DNA of 64,000 nt. It comes from a bacterium. Its GTDB lineage: Bacteria > SAR324 > XYD2-FULL-50-16 > G965216635. This document shows positions 37,639 to 48,297 of the stretch, in pieces. The number at the start of each line of letters is the position of its first letter. Position 1 is the first letter of the stretch. Below the pieces are notes generated by a model, which saw only the letters and a list, made by a program, of their open reading frames with translations, was not told where the DNA came from and searched no databases. The position numbers were made by a program, and so were the translations under genes. The stretch covers positions 736,001-800,000 of the forward strand of contig OZ244188.1 in the NCBI GenBank assembly GCA_965216635.1, written 5' to 3'.

Positions 37639-38580
37639 ATGTTGAATCTACGAGATCGTCTGGCACTTTCCTACTACGACAACTCTGATATTGCTACTAT
37701 TTCTCTTAGCTTTAGCAAAGCGAATCCATCTTTAGTGGCAGTTCCTATTCATTCTTTAAAACTTATTCCAAAAATTCGCAAGAAACTCAATGAATTTAGA
37801 AAAAAAAGGGTAGTCATAAAAAAAAACATTCGTAAAAAATTAGCAATTTTTATTCCCTATAGAAATCGTGCAGAACACTTAAAAATTTTTATTCCAAAGA
37901 TAGGAAATTTTTTAAAAAAGCAAAGAATTAAATACGAAATTTTTGTAATAGAGCAAAAAGATTCTGGTTTTTGGAATAAAGGGGCACTTTTTAATATAGG
38001 AGTAGAAAAGTATGGCAAAAATTTTGACTACTATTGTTTTCACGATGTAGATTTAGTTCCTATAAAAGCAGATTATTCTTACTTTAGTCAACCCATACGA
38101 CTTATTTCAGAGTATAGTGAGAAAAATAAAGAAATTTATAAAAAATCAGCACAAGGAAAATACAACCATCACTTCGGAGGAGCAGTATCCTTAACCAAAG
38201 AAGCCTTTGAGCAAATCAATGGTTTTAGCAATCTTTACCTACACTATGGTAACGAGGACGATGATTTTTTAATGAGGCTGTTATTGCAAGGCTACATACC
38301 CATTAAAAATCTTTCGGGATATTATCTCAATTTACCCCATCCAAAAAGCAAAATAGTATCACCCACTGGAAAAATTTCTAAAAATATATTTGAAAAACAA
38401 AAATTACGGGCTAGGTTTAAAAGAAACAAAAAACATTTTTCTATGGTAAAAAGAGGAATAAAACCGCCTAATCTGGAAGGCTTGAATACTGTGCAATATC
38501 GTTTATTTGAAGAGAAAAAGATGCAAAATTACACTTTTTGTTCGGTTTATCTATTAGGAAAATCTTTAGCTACACTATAA
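37639..38580 (+). CDS. GT7-family (beta-1,4-galactosyltransferase-like) glycosyltransferase
   Basis: IPYRNR..HL, VIEQ, NKGALFNIG, FHDVDLVP, FGG, INGFSN, YGNEDDDF. Confidence 0.85.
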   Translation: MLNLRDRLALSYYDNSDIATISLSFSKANPSLVAVPIHSLKLIPKIRKKLNEFRKKRVVIKKNIRKKLAIFIPYRNRAEHLKIFIPKIGNFLKKQRIKYEIFVIEQKDSGFWNKGALFNIGVEKYGKNFDYYCFHDVDLVPIKADYSYFSQPIRLISEYSEKNKEIYKKSAQGKYNHHFGGAVSLTKEAFEQINGFSNLYLHYGNEDDDFLMRLLLQGYIPIKNLSGYYLNLPHPKSKIVSPTGKISKNIFEKQKLRARFKRNKKHFSMVKRGIKPPNLEGLNTVQYRLFEEKKMQNYTFCSVYLLGKSLATL

Positions 38581-38582
38581 AA

Positions 38583-38766
38583 TAGACTTTTGAATTTGCT
38601 TATCTAGTTAGCCAAAGCAGCGTTAAAAAAAATTTTTAACTCTTGCCATTTGTGAAGAAATGCTCTTCAGTATTCCAGCGAGCTAAAAAAAATTTTCGCA
38701 CCTGCTCTAACCATTTGGCTAGCCGTCGCAGCTAGTTTTGTTCTATTTGGCAAATTCAAAGGTCTA
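38583..38766. mobile_element. MITE-like element, copy 8
   Basis: TAGACTTTTGAATTTGC...GCAAATTCAAAGGTCTA; fills almost the whole intergenic gap. Confidence 0.88.
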
Positions 38767-38778
38767 TAAAAACCAATT

Positions 38779-40131
38779 ATGTACAAAATAATCAACAAAT
38801 TCTACGAAAATTGGATAAAAAATCGTTATTTTACCAAAGAAAACTACGGTAAAATAAATATATTTTATAAAAAATTTTTTGACTTAGATATTATTAAATC
38901 GGCGCAAGCTCTTTCATTTCTTTCGTTTTTTTCCATAGTTCCTATCTACGCTTTTTTTTTCTTTGTTTTAGCAGCACTTTCTAAAAAAGATGCAGAAAAA
39001 TTGACAAAACTTGTTGGTCAGTATGTTTTTCCGGAATACATAGATGCTTTAAGTGTTTTTTTAAACAATCTCTCTAATCAAATTATAAAAATCGGCACGA
39101 TAGGACTTCCTTTTTTAATAGTGACCGCAATATTAGCCTATTCACAAATAGAAAAAATTATAAACATAATATGGGATAGTCACGAAAGAAGAAAATGGTA
39201 TCAAAACGCATATATTCTGCTCAATACCATAATATTAGGACCTTTTATTATTGTATTTTTATTTTCATTAGCTCCCTATTTGAAACGCGAGGATATATTA
39301 GGAGCTACCTATCCGCTCTTTCAAGCCATAATACCTTACTTAATAAGCTATGTAATTTTACTAGGAGTTTTGTTTGTTGTGTATCTTTATCTTCCCGTAG
39401 TGTATGTGAAAAAAAAACCTGTATTAAAAGCAGCGGCTATTGTTGCTTTACTTATACAAATTGCCAATTATGTAGTAGGCATTTATATTTCCAATTTTGC
39501 GAGGTTCAATATTTTTTATGGAATTTTAGCTTTAGCCCCAGTCATTTTGATATGGTTTTTTGTGCTCTGGGCGATTATTATTTCGGGCTCCCTTTACGCC
39601 TATCTGGAACAAAACTATTTTTACGGTCAAGAAACAACCTATCAAAACTCTTCACTTTCCTTAATCAATCAAACAATACAAGTATTAGTTTTGATTATGC
39701 ACCGTTTTGAAACAGGTAAATCTCCATTGAGTTTTCAAGAGATCCAATACAGCACGGGAGTGAGCGTAGAAAGATTACAATTTATTCGCGACTATCTCCA
39801 AAGGAAACAATATATTTACGCTATAAGTTCTACAAACCTCAAAGGAGGAAAAAATCTTTCTTTTCAAATGAATAAATCCCCATCCAGTATTAGAGTCCAA
39901 GATATCGTTCAAGATATACATTCTCCTGCCATTATTGCACTGCCTATGGGAGTGTCTAAATTTTTAAGGGAATCTAGTCTGCACCCGCTGTTTTATTCAG
40001 ATGTTAATTTAAGACAAATCTATTATTTATCTGAGCAAGTAATGAATACTTACAACAAAAACCTATTCAAACAAATAAAAAAACAACTAACTCAAGAAGA
40101 AGAAAAACAAAAAAAACGTAACAATCAATAG
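38779..40131 (+). CDS. YihY/BrkB family membrane protein with C-terminal wHTH-like extension
   Basis: AQALSFLSFFSIVP, IEKIINIIW, YLYLP, FYG.LA..P..LIW. Confidence 0.85.
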   Translation: MYKIINKFYENWIKNRYFTKENYGKINIFYKKFFDLDIIKSAQALSFLSFFSIVPIYAFFFFVLAALSKKDAEKLTKLVGQYVFPEYIDALSVFLNNLSNQIIKIGTIGLPFLIVTAILAYSQIEKIINIIWDSHERRKWYQNAYILLNTIILGPFIIVFLFSLAPYLKREDILGATYPLFQAIIPYLISYVILLGVLFVVYLYLPVVYVKKKPVLKAAAIVALLIQIANYVVGIYISNFARFNIFYGILALAPVILIWFFVLWAIIISGSLYAYLEQNYFYGQETTYQNSSLSLINQTIQVLVLIMHRFETGKSPLSFQEIQYSTGVSVERLQFIRDYLQRKQYIYAISSTNLKGGKNLSFQMNKSPSSIRVQDIVQDIHSPAIIALPMGVSKFLRESSLHPLFYSDVNLRQIYYLSEQVMNTYNKNLFKQIKKQLTQEEEKQKKRNNQ

Positions 40132-40143
40132 AGATTTGCCATT

Positions 40144-40184
40144 CTATTTGGCTTGGCTATTTGGCTTGGATATTTGGATTGGCT
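40144..40184. repeat. 13-nt tandem repeat x3 (TATTTGGCTTGGC-like)
   Basis: Visible in the convergent intergenic region. Confidence 0.7.
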
Positions 40185-40241
40185 ATACTTAAAATCAAGG
40201 AAAAGGCTGGCTTGTTTCTATAGATTTAAATTGAATTTTTT

Positions 40242-41804
40242 TTAAAAGTTGCTACTCTTTTTGTAGTAAAAAAATAATACTACACTCAAAACTACAAAAT
40301 AAAATTGCCAAAAAATAAGATTTAATGCCTCTTTTTCTAGTTGCAAAAAAGGTATTTTTTCTATCACTACAGAATTTAGCGTAGTGTTTTTTTGGATAAC
40401 TCCATACCATAAGTCTCCTAACTTTTGTATCAAAGCAAAGTAAAGAATTTCTGCCTCCTGAAAAACATTAAAGAAAAATAACGGAAAACCCAATAAAACT
40501 GAAGGCAGATAAAGCAGACCCATAAAAGGAATATGAAAAAGATTATTCACAAATCCTAACAAATTTTTTTGTTCAAAATAAAACAGAACTAAAGGTAAAA
40601 TAAAAAGGTTAATAAAAAAACTGATTCCTATGATTTTAGTTAGGGCTTGTGTGATTCTATTTTTCCATATAAAAACCCATATTGTTTTTAGTCCTATGCT
40701 TTTTAAAAGAGTTACATTTCTTTCTTTGTATGCAAAATATTTCAAATAAACCAAAAGTGCAAAAACGGAGGAAAAGGAAAACTGAAAGCTCACAGAAGTA
40801 ATCAAACTAGGCTCCACCAAAAGCATACTCACTGCTATTAGTAAAAGAATATAGGTTGTGGGCATCCAATGAAGGAAGTAATGCATACATAGCCAAAGGC
40901 AAAGCATAGTCCAAGCCCGAATTGCTGTTATCGGGCTTCCAATAAAATCTAAATACAACAAAAGCAAACATACCGCTAAACTATCTGCATAAAAATAAAT
41001 ATTAATTTGGTTGAATAGGATTTTGCACTGCTTATAAAAAAGAGAAAGCAAAACTAGGCTGAAAGCAAGCAATTTTGCGAGTAAAAACCTCAGTAGCAGA
41101 AAAATCAAACCTATATGCAAGCCAGAAATCGCAAATAAATGAAAAATTCCCAAGTAGTTAAGGTCTTGTCGTAGAGGTCGGGGTAAATCTCTCCTATCGG
41201 CTAAAGCAATGCCCAAATAAAGAGGTTTAGCAGCACCTTGGAGATAGTAGTTTGCTTTGACTTTCCAATTTTGCCAATATTTGCTTCTGCTGTTGATTAT
41301 TGTGTTAGTAAAATTAGAATGTAGGGTAGGTATAAAGTTTTGAGTTGAATCTATTTTAAGCTGTGTGATTTTGATTTTTTGACTAGGATAAATGCCAATA
41401 AAACGATGTTTTGGAACTCTCACAGTAGCGGATGCAAAAATAAACTTTTTATTGCCACAACCCAAAGTGCCTTTAGATAGCCAAAGATAATCTCCCTGTC
41501 TTTTATCAAAATTTGCAGAAATAAAATCGACTTTTTTTTGGCATTCTTGCTTCAAACTAGAGGATAAGACATTAGGACTAAAAACATATTTAGCTTGACA
41601 AATCAGACATAAAAAAATCAAACCTACAAAAAGTAACCTTTGTTTGCTAAAAATACAACCTAGTATCAAAATAGATAATGATAGATAAAATTGCTTTATA
41701 AACCAATCAGGAACAGGAAAAAAAAGCCAATAGACATAAGAAAGAAGTAGTGCAAAACAGAGGTAGCGAAAATCTTTTATTATTTTTAAAAATATTTTTG
41801 TCAT
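40242..41804 (-). CDS. comEC: ComEC/Rec2 family competence channel (no C-terminal MBL domain seen)
   Basis: GIFHLFAISGLHIG, AIRA, SFQFSF. Confidence 0.85.
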   Translation of the reverse strand: MTKIFLKIIKDFRYLCFALLLSYVYWLFFPVPDWFIKQFYLSLSILILGCIFSKQRLLFVGLIFLCLICQAKYVFSPNVLSSSLKQECQKKVDFISANFDKRQGDYLWLSKGTLGCGNKKFIFASATVRVPKHRFIGIYPSQKIKITQLKIDSTQNFIPTLHSNFTNTIINSRSKYWQNWKVKANYYLQGAAKPLYLGIALADRRDLPRPLRQDLNYLGIFHLFAISGLHIGLIFLLLRFLLAKLLAFSLVLLSLFYKQCKILFNQINIYFYADSLAVCLLLLYLDFIGSPITAIRAWTMLCLWLCMHYFLHWMPTTYILLLIAVSMLLVEPSLITSVSFQFSFSSVFALLVYLKYFAYKERNVTLLKSIGLKTIWVFIWKNRITQALTKIIGISFFINLFILPLVLFYFEQKNLLGFVNNLFHIPFMGLLYLPSVLLGFPLFFFNVFQEAEILYFALIQKLGDLWYGVIQKNTTLNSVVIEKIPFLQLEKEALNLIFWQFYFVVLSVVLFFYYKKSSNF

Positions 41805-41869
41805 ACGAAGGTTAAGTATTTTGTGGCTTTCTATTTGCTTTTAGATTGTAGTAGCACTTATTAACACAG

Positions 41870-42964
41870 ATGAACAAACTTGATAACTACCTAAATATAG
41901 ATTTATCTGCCCTAGACAACAATCTTGCAGAAATTAAAAAAAAAATAGCTCCCGCAAAAGTAATGGCTGTTGTGAAATCTAACGCTTACGGGCATGGAAT
42001 GTTAGCTGTAGCCAAACGACTAGAAAAAAAAGTAACCTATTTTTTTGTAGATAGATTAAAAGATGCCATCCATTTAAGAAAAAAAGGTATTCAAACCCAT
42101 ATTTTTGTCGGGGTCATAGCGGAATCCCAAATAAAAAAATGCGTCCAATATAAATTGGAATGGGCTTTGGCAGATTTTTATACTTTAAAAGTTTTAGAAG
42201 AAAAATTCACCAATATTAAAACAAAAATTCATATCAAACTAGATACAGGTATGGGTAGGTTCGGTTTTGAATTAGAAGAATATAAAAATATTTTAGATAG
42301 GGTTTTACAACTTAAAAATATAGAAATTGTAGGAATTTATAGTCACTTAGCCTCTTCTGAAGATACAAAAAAGAAAATCAATAAAGAACAAATCCATTCG
42401 TTCAAAAAAGCAGTTGCTATAACAAAACAAAAAAAAATCCGCCCTTTTTTCCATTTGGCAAATTCAGCAGCTGTGCTGAATTTTAAAGAGAGCCATTTTG
42501 ATCTTGTCCGCATAGGGTTGATACTCTACGGGGTGCGTCATTTTCCAAAAGTAACGGATTCTTTTCGCTTAAAACCAGTTTTGAGTATGCACTCTTTCAT
42601 TCTTTCTGTAAAAACTATCCCCCCAGGCAGAGGAGTCAGTTATGCTGGTAGCTGGATGTCCCCTAAAAAGTGCAATATTGCCCTTATCCCTATGGGTTAT
42701 AGCGACGGAGTCCATTGGCACTTTAAAAACCAACTGCAGGTTCTCATCCATAATACTTGCTATCCCATTATAGGCAATATCTGCATGGGAGTATTTGCTG
42801 TAAATCTAGGAGAAGATAGTTATGCAGTAGGAGAAAAAGTCACACTCCTTGGAAAAAGTCAAAACCATTCCATTAGCGTAGAAGAAATAGCAGCTAAAAA
42901 AAATAGTATTTCTCACGAAGTTTTGACTTCCACGAATCTTGTTCAAAAGAGATATTATATTTAA
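41870..42964 (+). CDS. alr: Alanine racemase
   Basis: AVVKSNAYGHG, KLDTGMGRFG, HLANSA, GYSDG. Confidence 0.95.
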   Translation: MNKLDNYLNIDLSALDNNLAEIKKKIAPAKVMAVVKSNAYGHGMLAVAKRLEKKVTYFFVDRLKDAIHLRKKGIQTHIFVGVIAESQIKKCVQYKLEWALADFYTLKVLEEKFTNIKTKIHIKLDTGMGRFGFELEEYKNILDRVLQLKNIEIVGIYSHLASSEDTKKKINKEQIHSFKKAVAITKQKKIRPFFHLANSAAVLNFKESHFDLVRIGLILYGVRHFPKVTDSFRLKPVLSMHSFILSVKTIPPGRGVSYAGSWMSPKKCNIALIPMGYSDGVHWHFKNQLQVLIHNTCYPIIGNICMGVFAVNLGEDSYAVGEKVTLLGKSQNHSISVEEIAAKKNSISHEVLTSTNLVQKRYYI

Positions 42965-43031
42965 AATTCTCTGAGAATTAAAGAAAAATTTGAAAAAATA
43001 AAGCTGAAAAAAAAAAATAAAAATTAACTTG

Positions 43032-43060
43032 TTGACAAAAAAAAAATTATATTTTATAAA
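43032..43060 (+). promoter_or_regulatory. Sigma70-like promoter
   Basis: TTGACA-17bp-TATAAA upstream of ATG 43089. Confidence 0.6.
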
Positions 43061-43088
43061 AAATATTTTAATTAACAAAAAATTTAAA

Positions 43089-43505
43089 ATGAAACAAATA
43101 AATATATGGGCGATTCTAGTAACATCTGTTGCTATAATGTTGTTTGGAATGATCTGGTATGGTTTTGTGTTTTTTGATATTTGGGCTACAGGTTGGGGCT
43201 TAGTAGTGAACCCAGCACCTCCAAATCTTTTTTCTCTTATCTATAATTTCTTGGCAGGGTTGATTTATGTGTCGGCTTTTTCCTTTCTTTTGCTAAAATT
43301 AAACGCACTCAATCTTAAAGGAGCCATTGGTTATGGGCTTTTAATAAGTCTCACTTTCATTATCCCGGGAGTGATTAGTAATGCTTGGTTTTTAGGAGTT
43401 TCTGTGACGGCTACTGCAGTAGATAGTGCCTTTCTTTTAATAAGAGGTTTGATTATTAGCCTGATTATTGGTGCTTGGACAAAAAAACCACGAATTACGC
43501 ATTAG
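43089..43505 (+). CDS. DUF1761-like membrane protein
   Basis: INIWAILV...GMIWYG..F..W; four TM segments; start reassigned to ATG 43089. Confidence 0.75.
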   Translation: MKQINIWAILVTSVAIMLFGMIWYGFVFFDIWATGWGLVVNPAPPNLFSLIYNFLAGLIYVSAFSFLLLKLNALNLKGAIGYGLLISLTFIIPGVISNAWFLGVSVTATAVDSAFLLIRGLIISLIIGAWTKKPRITH

Positions 43506-43804
43506 CAAATTTTTTAGCAGATAAATTTCATCAAATTATCTATTTTTTTTTAGTTGATAAATTTAATTAGTTGATAAATTTAATTGATTGTTGTAGCCTC
43601 TTTAAAAGACTTATGAAATTCTTAAGTTTTTGAACTTTAATGAATTTCTTTCTCAGTTTTCCCGCTAGTTTTTCATTACTCTTTGAAAAATTTCCATTTT
43701 TGGTAGCAGTTTTAGATTGTTTAAAGACTAGCTTTTTGTATAAATAAACCAATTTCTTTATAAAAATATTTACATAGAGAGATTTAACTTAAAAATAAAA
43801 TATT

Positions 43805-44473
43805 ATGAATAAGAACGTGAATAAGATACGAGTGATTTTGCTGGTTTTGATAGCCAGTTTTTGTTTTAGCAGTGCAGTTTTTGCTCAACAAAAAGAAGGT
43901 TTTTTTATTGGCTGGAGCCAACCTTTAATTGGAAGTGGAAATATAGAAGTTGAAACAAACACTTCTGCAGTACCATTACCAGGAGGAACATTCACAATTC
44001 CAGCTACGACAACAAGAGATGAACTAGATGTAGATTTTAAAAGTGGTTATGGAATCAAGGCTGGCTGGAATTTTAAAGATTTTAGAGTCTATTATTCTAA
44101 TTATAACCTAGCTTACAAAGATACCACTACAATCAAAAATATGAATATTAAAGCTAATGTAGTTGCTACAGATTGGACTTATCAAAATTTCTTTGTTGGA
44201 TTGGGTTATGGAAAAGCTTCGTTTGATGCCAAACTTATTAGACAATCACCAATATCTATTTCAGAATCTGGAGGGACTGTAACTGCTCTCAACTTTGGTT
44301 ACGATTATAATATAAACGAAAGTTTTAAAATTAGTGCTGGTTACCTTATTGCTCGTTTTAATTTTGAATTTGATAAAAATCTTCCTCAAAGTGGTGGAAT
44401 TAATATTCCGGCAAATTTTAAGATTAAGGCTGGAGGAGACGCTCTTTATATAGACGCAATCTATAGCTTCTAA
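43805..44473 (+). CDS. Small outer-membrane beta-barrel protein
   Basis: Signal peptide, EGFFIG, GYGIKAGW, LNFGYDY, terminal YSF. Confidence 0.75.
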   Translation: MNKNVNKIRVILLVLIASFCFSSAVFAQQKEGFFIGWSQPLIGSGNIEVETNTSAVPLPGGTFTIPATTTRDELDVDFKSGYGIKAGWNFKDFRVYYSNYNLAYKDTTTIKNMNIKANVVATDWTYQNFFVGLGYGKASFDAKLIRQSPISISESGGTVTALNFGYDYNINESFKISAGYLIARFNFEFDKNLPQSGGINIPANFKIKAGGDALYIDAIYSF

Positions 44474-44518
44474 AAAACTATTTTTAATATTTTATTAAAA
44501 ATTGCTTTTATTTTTTAT

Positions 44519-44555
44519 AAAAACCAGTAGCAAAATTGTTACTGGTTTTTTTTTT
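44519..44555 (+). terminator. Rho-independent terminator
   Basis: AAAACCAGTAGC-loop-GTTACTGGTTTT plus T tract. Confidence 0.75.
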
Positions 44556-44639
44556 GCTTTTTTCTACACGATTGATAAAATTTTTCTTTATGCTAGAATT
44601 TTATCTATATAAAAAATAAATTATTAACCTTATTTTTTC

Positions 44640-46100
44640 ATGAAAATATACCACACTCCAATCCACCAACTACACCAAAAAAGAAAAAACCAAGAAATCA
44701 GCACCAAACAGATTGTAGAATCGGTTTGGCAAAGAATCGATCAATACCAACCCAAACTCAATGCTTATCTGTGTCTGAACAAAAAAGAACAACTTCTGCA
44801 AAAAGCCGAGAAAATTGACGCAAAATTAAAAGCAGACCCCAGCAAAGTTCATCCGCTAGCTGCTATGCCTATTGGTTTAAAGGATATTTTTGTCACTAAG
44901 GGGTTAGAGACTACTGCTGCGTCTAAAATACTCAAAGGTTTTATTCCTCCTTATGAATCTACAGCTTCCCAAAAATTGTTAGCTGTAGAATACAGTCTCA
45001 CTGGAAAACTTAATATGGACGAGTTTGCCATGGGGGCTTCCAATGAAAATTCTGCTTTTGGTGCGGTGCATAACCCATGGGATTTAAAAAGAGTGCCTGG
45101 GGGATCTTCAGGAGGAAGTGCAGCAGCGGTCGCCTCTGGACTTTGCTTAGCTGCACTAGGGACAGATACAGGAGGCTCTATACGCCAGCCAGCCGCCTAT
45201 AATTCGGTTGTGGGTATAAAACCGACTTATGGTAGAGTGAGTCGTTATGGAATGATCGCTTTTGCTAGTTCTTTAGACCAAGCAGGACCTATCACTCAAG
45301 ATGTCAGAGACAGTGCCCTTTTATTACAAACAATTTCAGGCTACGACCCCCAAGATTCTACTTCTTTAAAAATAGATGCCCCCGCTTTTTATGATAGTTT
45401 AAAAGCAAAAATTCCTAAAAAAATAGGCATCATCCGAAGTATAAAAAGTGAGCTTTTAGATTCAGAAATAGCGGATAATTTTGAAATGAATTTGGATTTT
45501 TTTAAAAAATCTGGAATAGAAATAGTGCCTTTGGATATTCCTTTGATGGATTATAGCGTAGCCATCTATTATATTTTAGCCTGTTCAGAGGCAAGCTCTA
45601 ATTTGGGAAGATACGATGGAATTCGTTATGGAGCAAGAGAAGAAGCTGATGGACTAGAAAATCTTTATAAAAAAAGCCGTGAACAGGGTTTTGGCGAGGA
45701 AGTAAAGTTAAGAATCCTCACTGGAACTTTTGCTCTTTCAGTTGGCTACTACGATGCCTATTACAACAAGGCAAATCAAGCTCGTAAAGCTATGAATCAA
45801 GATTTTCAAAAGGCTTTTAACAAAGTAGATTTTATAGCTACCCCCGTCACGACTACTTTGCCCTTTTTGATTGGAGAAAGAAACCCAGACCCATTAAAAA
45901 TGTATCTTTTGGATTTAATTACCATCCCTGCAAATTTGGGAGGATTTCCAGCGATTAGTATTCCATCAGGTTTTTCTACACAAAAACTACCTATTGGAAT
46001 TCAATTTTTAGCACCACAACTCGCAGAACAAAAGCTACTAAACTATGCTCTTTGGTTTGAAGAGAATTGTAAATTTGAAAAACCAACTTTACCTCTATGA
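44640..46100 (+). CDS. gatA: Glu-tRNA(Gln) amidotransferase subunit A
   Basis: GKLNMDEFAMG, PGGSSGGS, GTDTGGSIRQPA, SSNLGRYDGIRYG. Confidence 0.96.
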   Translation: MKIYHTPIHQLHQKRKNQEISTKQIVESVWQRIDQYQPKLNAYLCLNKKEQLLQKAEKIDAKLKADPSKVHPLAAMPIGLKDIFVTKGLETTAASKILKGFIPPYESTASQKLLAVEYSLTGKLNMDEFAMGASNENSAFGAVHNPWDLKRVPGGSSGGSAAAVASGLCLAALGTDTGGSIRQPAAYNSVVGIKPTYGRVSRYGMIAFASSLDQAGPITQDVRDSALLLQTISGYDPQDSTSLKIDAPAFYDSLKAKIPKKIGIIRSIKSELLDSEIADNFEMNLDFFKKSGIEIVPLDIPLMDYSVAIYYILACSEASSNLGRYDGIRYGAREEADGLENLYKKSREQGFGEEVKLRILTGTFALSVGYYDAYYNKANQARKAMNQDFQKAFNKVDFIATPVTTTLPFLIGERNPDPLKMYLLDLITIPANLGGFPAISIPSGFSTQKLPIGIQFLAPQLAEQKLLNYALWFEENCKFEKPTLPL

Positions 46101-47137
46101 AAATGAAAGAAAAAATAGAAAAATTAAAAGTAGAATTTCAAAATTCTTTAAAAAAGATAACTTCTCTCAAAGATTTAGAAATTTTAAAAAACCGTTTTTT
46201 TGCAAAGAAAGGAGTCATTGTTTCCTTTTATCAAGATTTAAAAACAATTCCCAACGAACAAAAAGCTGCTTTTGGTAAAAAGATCAATGAGTTACGAGAA
46301 ACTTTAGAAACACTTCTGACAGAAAAACAGCAACAGTTAACCTATAAACAGCTCCAAAGCCAAGTAGAAAAAGAATGGATAGACATCAGCCTAGATCTCA
46401 AAAAAGATAGCGGTGCTTTGCACCCTATTTCTAAAATCCAATACGAACTGGAGGACATTTTTACAGCTATGGGTTTTAGTGTTTTAGATGGACCCCATAT
46501 AGAAACAAATTTCTATAATTTTGAAGCTCTTAATATCCCAAAAAACCACCCTTCCAGAGATCTGCAAGATACTTATTATTTTGATGAAAATTATCTATTA
46601 AGAACACAAACTTCTCCCATTCAGATTCGTGGTATGGAACTTTTTGCTAAAGCTGGTAAAAAACCACCTATTCGCATTATTGGTCCTGGTAAAGTTTTCC
46701 GAGCGGAAACTAGAGATGCTTCCCACGAAAACTGCTTTCATCAGCTAGAGGGTATAGTAGTAGATAAAAACATAACAGTGCGAAATCTTATCTATTTTAT
46801 GGAAGTGATGCTCGCTGAAATTTTTTATAATCCAGTAAAAGTAAGGTTAAGACCCGGCTATTTTCCTTTTGTAGAACCGGGGTTTGAACTAGATATGTCT
46901 TGCCAAATCTGCAGTGGAGATGGTTGCAAAATGTGTAAAAAAACAGGTTGGGTAGAAATGATAGGCTGTGGTATGGTGCACCCCAAAGTATTAGAAGTAG
47001 GTAAGATAGACCCAAAAATCTATTCTGGTTTTGCCTTCGGTTTAGGAATAGATCGTCTCTGCATTATGAAACACAAGATCAACGATATTCGCTATTTCCA
47101 TAGCGGTGATTTAAAGTTTTATCGCCAGTTTGTGTAG
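46097..47137 (+). CDS. pheS: Phenylalanine--tRNA ligase alpha subunit
   Basis: NFEALN, LLRTQTS, FHQLEG, YFPFVEP, GFAFGLG. Confidence 0.96.
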   Translation: MKMKEKIEKLKVEFQNSLKKITSLKDLEILKNRFFAKKGVIVSFYQDLKTIPNEQKAAFGKKINELRETLETLLTEKQQQLTYKQLQSQVEKEWIDISLDLKKDSGALHPISKIQYELEDIFTAMGFSVLDGPHIETNFYNFEALNIPKNHPSRDLQDTYYFDENYLLRTQTSPIQIRGMELFAKAGKKPPIRIIGPGKVFRAETRDASHENCFHQLEGIVVDKNITVRNLIYFMEVMLAEIFYNPVKVRLRPGYFPFVEPGFELDMSCQICSGDGCKMCKKTGWVEMIGCGMVHPKVLEVGKIDPKIYSGFAFGLGIDRLCIMKHKINDIRYFHSGDLKFYRQFV

Positions 47138-47174
47138 GCTATTTTAGCTAATCATCTAAAAAAATTCACACTCA

Positions 47175-47351
47175 ATGAAAAATAATATCGCTTTTATTGA
47201 CGCACAAAATCTACACTTAGGACTTCGTGATTCTGGTTGGAAAGTTGATTACAAAAAATTTAGAACCTATCTAACTCAAAAATTTTTTATAACAGAGGCT
47301 TATTATTTTCTAGGATATATTGATGAAGAATATTCAGATTTATATACTTAA
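47175..47351 (+). pseudogene. NYN (LabA/DUF88, PIN-like) domain RNase, N-terminal fragment
   Basis: Translates MKNNIAFIDAQNLHLG...WKVDYKKFRTYL...AYYFLGY...LYT* (58 aa; not in ORF track). Confidence 0.75.
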
Positions 47352-47368
47352 ATACACAAATGCTGTTT

Positions 47369-47491
47369 TTATTTAGAAACAGTATCGTATATTTTATTCA
47401 TTTCTTTTTCTATGAAATGCTTTCTTTCTTTTGATAAAGGAGGAAGTTTTTGAGCTTGCTTCCATAGATTTGGTTTTTTAGATTTTTTCAT
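47369..47491 (-). CDS. Possible 40-aa basic peptide
   Basis: MKKSKKPNLWKQ...DTVSK*, downstream of and co-oriented with 47560-48132. Confidence 0.3.
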   Translation of the reverse strand: MKKSKKPNLWKQAQKLPPLSKERKHFIEKEMNKIYDTVSK

Positions 47492-47559
47492 TCAGTCTTT
47501 ATCTAACCAAAAATATAATTCAAATTTCGTTTTAATCAAGGTTTATTAGAATAAAAAAA

Positions 47560-48132
47560 CTATTTTTTAGCTTTAATTTTATTGTTTTCTTTAATAGCCA
47601 TATCTCGCAATAAAATTTGAAAAATAGTATAAAAATTCTCAACTCCAACTCCTTCTTTATAAGCAATTTCCTCAAGGTTATTCCATTCTTCTGCATTCAA
47701 GATACTCTTTAAATCACGGGAAACAATATAAAGACACTCTTTTTGTATTTGGTAATTATTTTGAAAAGGAAAATTTAATTTTTCAAAAAATCTATCTTTA
47801 TATTTTATTAAAATTTTTTCGCCATCAATTTTTTCATTGATTTCTACACCTTTATCTGAAATCTCTATTGGTGATTTTGACTCTGCTAAAGGTTGTATTG
47901 TATTATTTAAGACATTTGTAGATGTTGTTAATTTAAAAACCCAATCAAAGATTTTGTCAAGTTTTTCTTTTATATCTTCAATATTGCTTTTATGCTCTTT
48001 TTCTAATTTTGGAATATCTTTTTTTACAATTTTATCTGTTATAATAAACCATCTCATAACATAATAAAAAGCAGTCAAAATAGCAATAATTCCAACTGCA
48101 ACATTTAAAACAACTTGTAGTGTCCATTCCAT
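47560..48132 (-). CDS. Hypothetical protein with N-terminal TM helix
   Basis: Likely start MEWTLQ (48132); the longer ORF-track start lies inside the RNA-like repeat. Confidence 0.6.
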   Translation of the reverse strand: MEWTLQVVLNVAVGIIAILTAFYYVMRWFIITDKIVKKDIPKLEKEHKSNIEDIKEKLDKIFDWVFKLTTSTNVLNNTIQPLAESKSPIEISDKGVEINEKIDGEKILIKYKDRFFEKLNFPFQNNYQIQKECLYIVSRDLKSILNAEEWNNLEEIAYKEGVGVENFYTIFQILLRDMAIKENNKIKAKK

Positions 48133-48184
48133 AATTATATCTATTTTGTTAAAGGAGAAAATAGAATATTTCCGATAAAAACAA

Positions 48185-48290
48185 AAAAGGAGAGGGCGTT
48201 CTTTCGGCATTTAGTCCTAAAAATCCCTCTCCGTCGTAAAAGGAGAGGGAGCTCCTTCGGCATTTAGTCCTAAAAGTCCCTCTCCGTCGT
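48185..48290. repeat. Two tandem 53-nt hairpin-forming repeats (candidate ncRNA)
   Basis: 48185-48237 and 48238-48290, 4 mismatches, each closed by GGAGAGGG/CCCTCTCC. Confidence 0.85.
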
Positions 48291-48297
48291 GATTCAC

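Noticed and set aside
48185..48290. Tandem 53-mers as mini-CRISPR or hammerhead ribozyme
   Set aside because: No spacer between units; no CUGANGA/GAAA core on either strand
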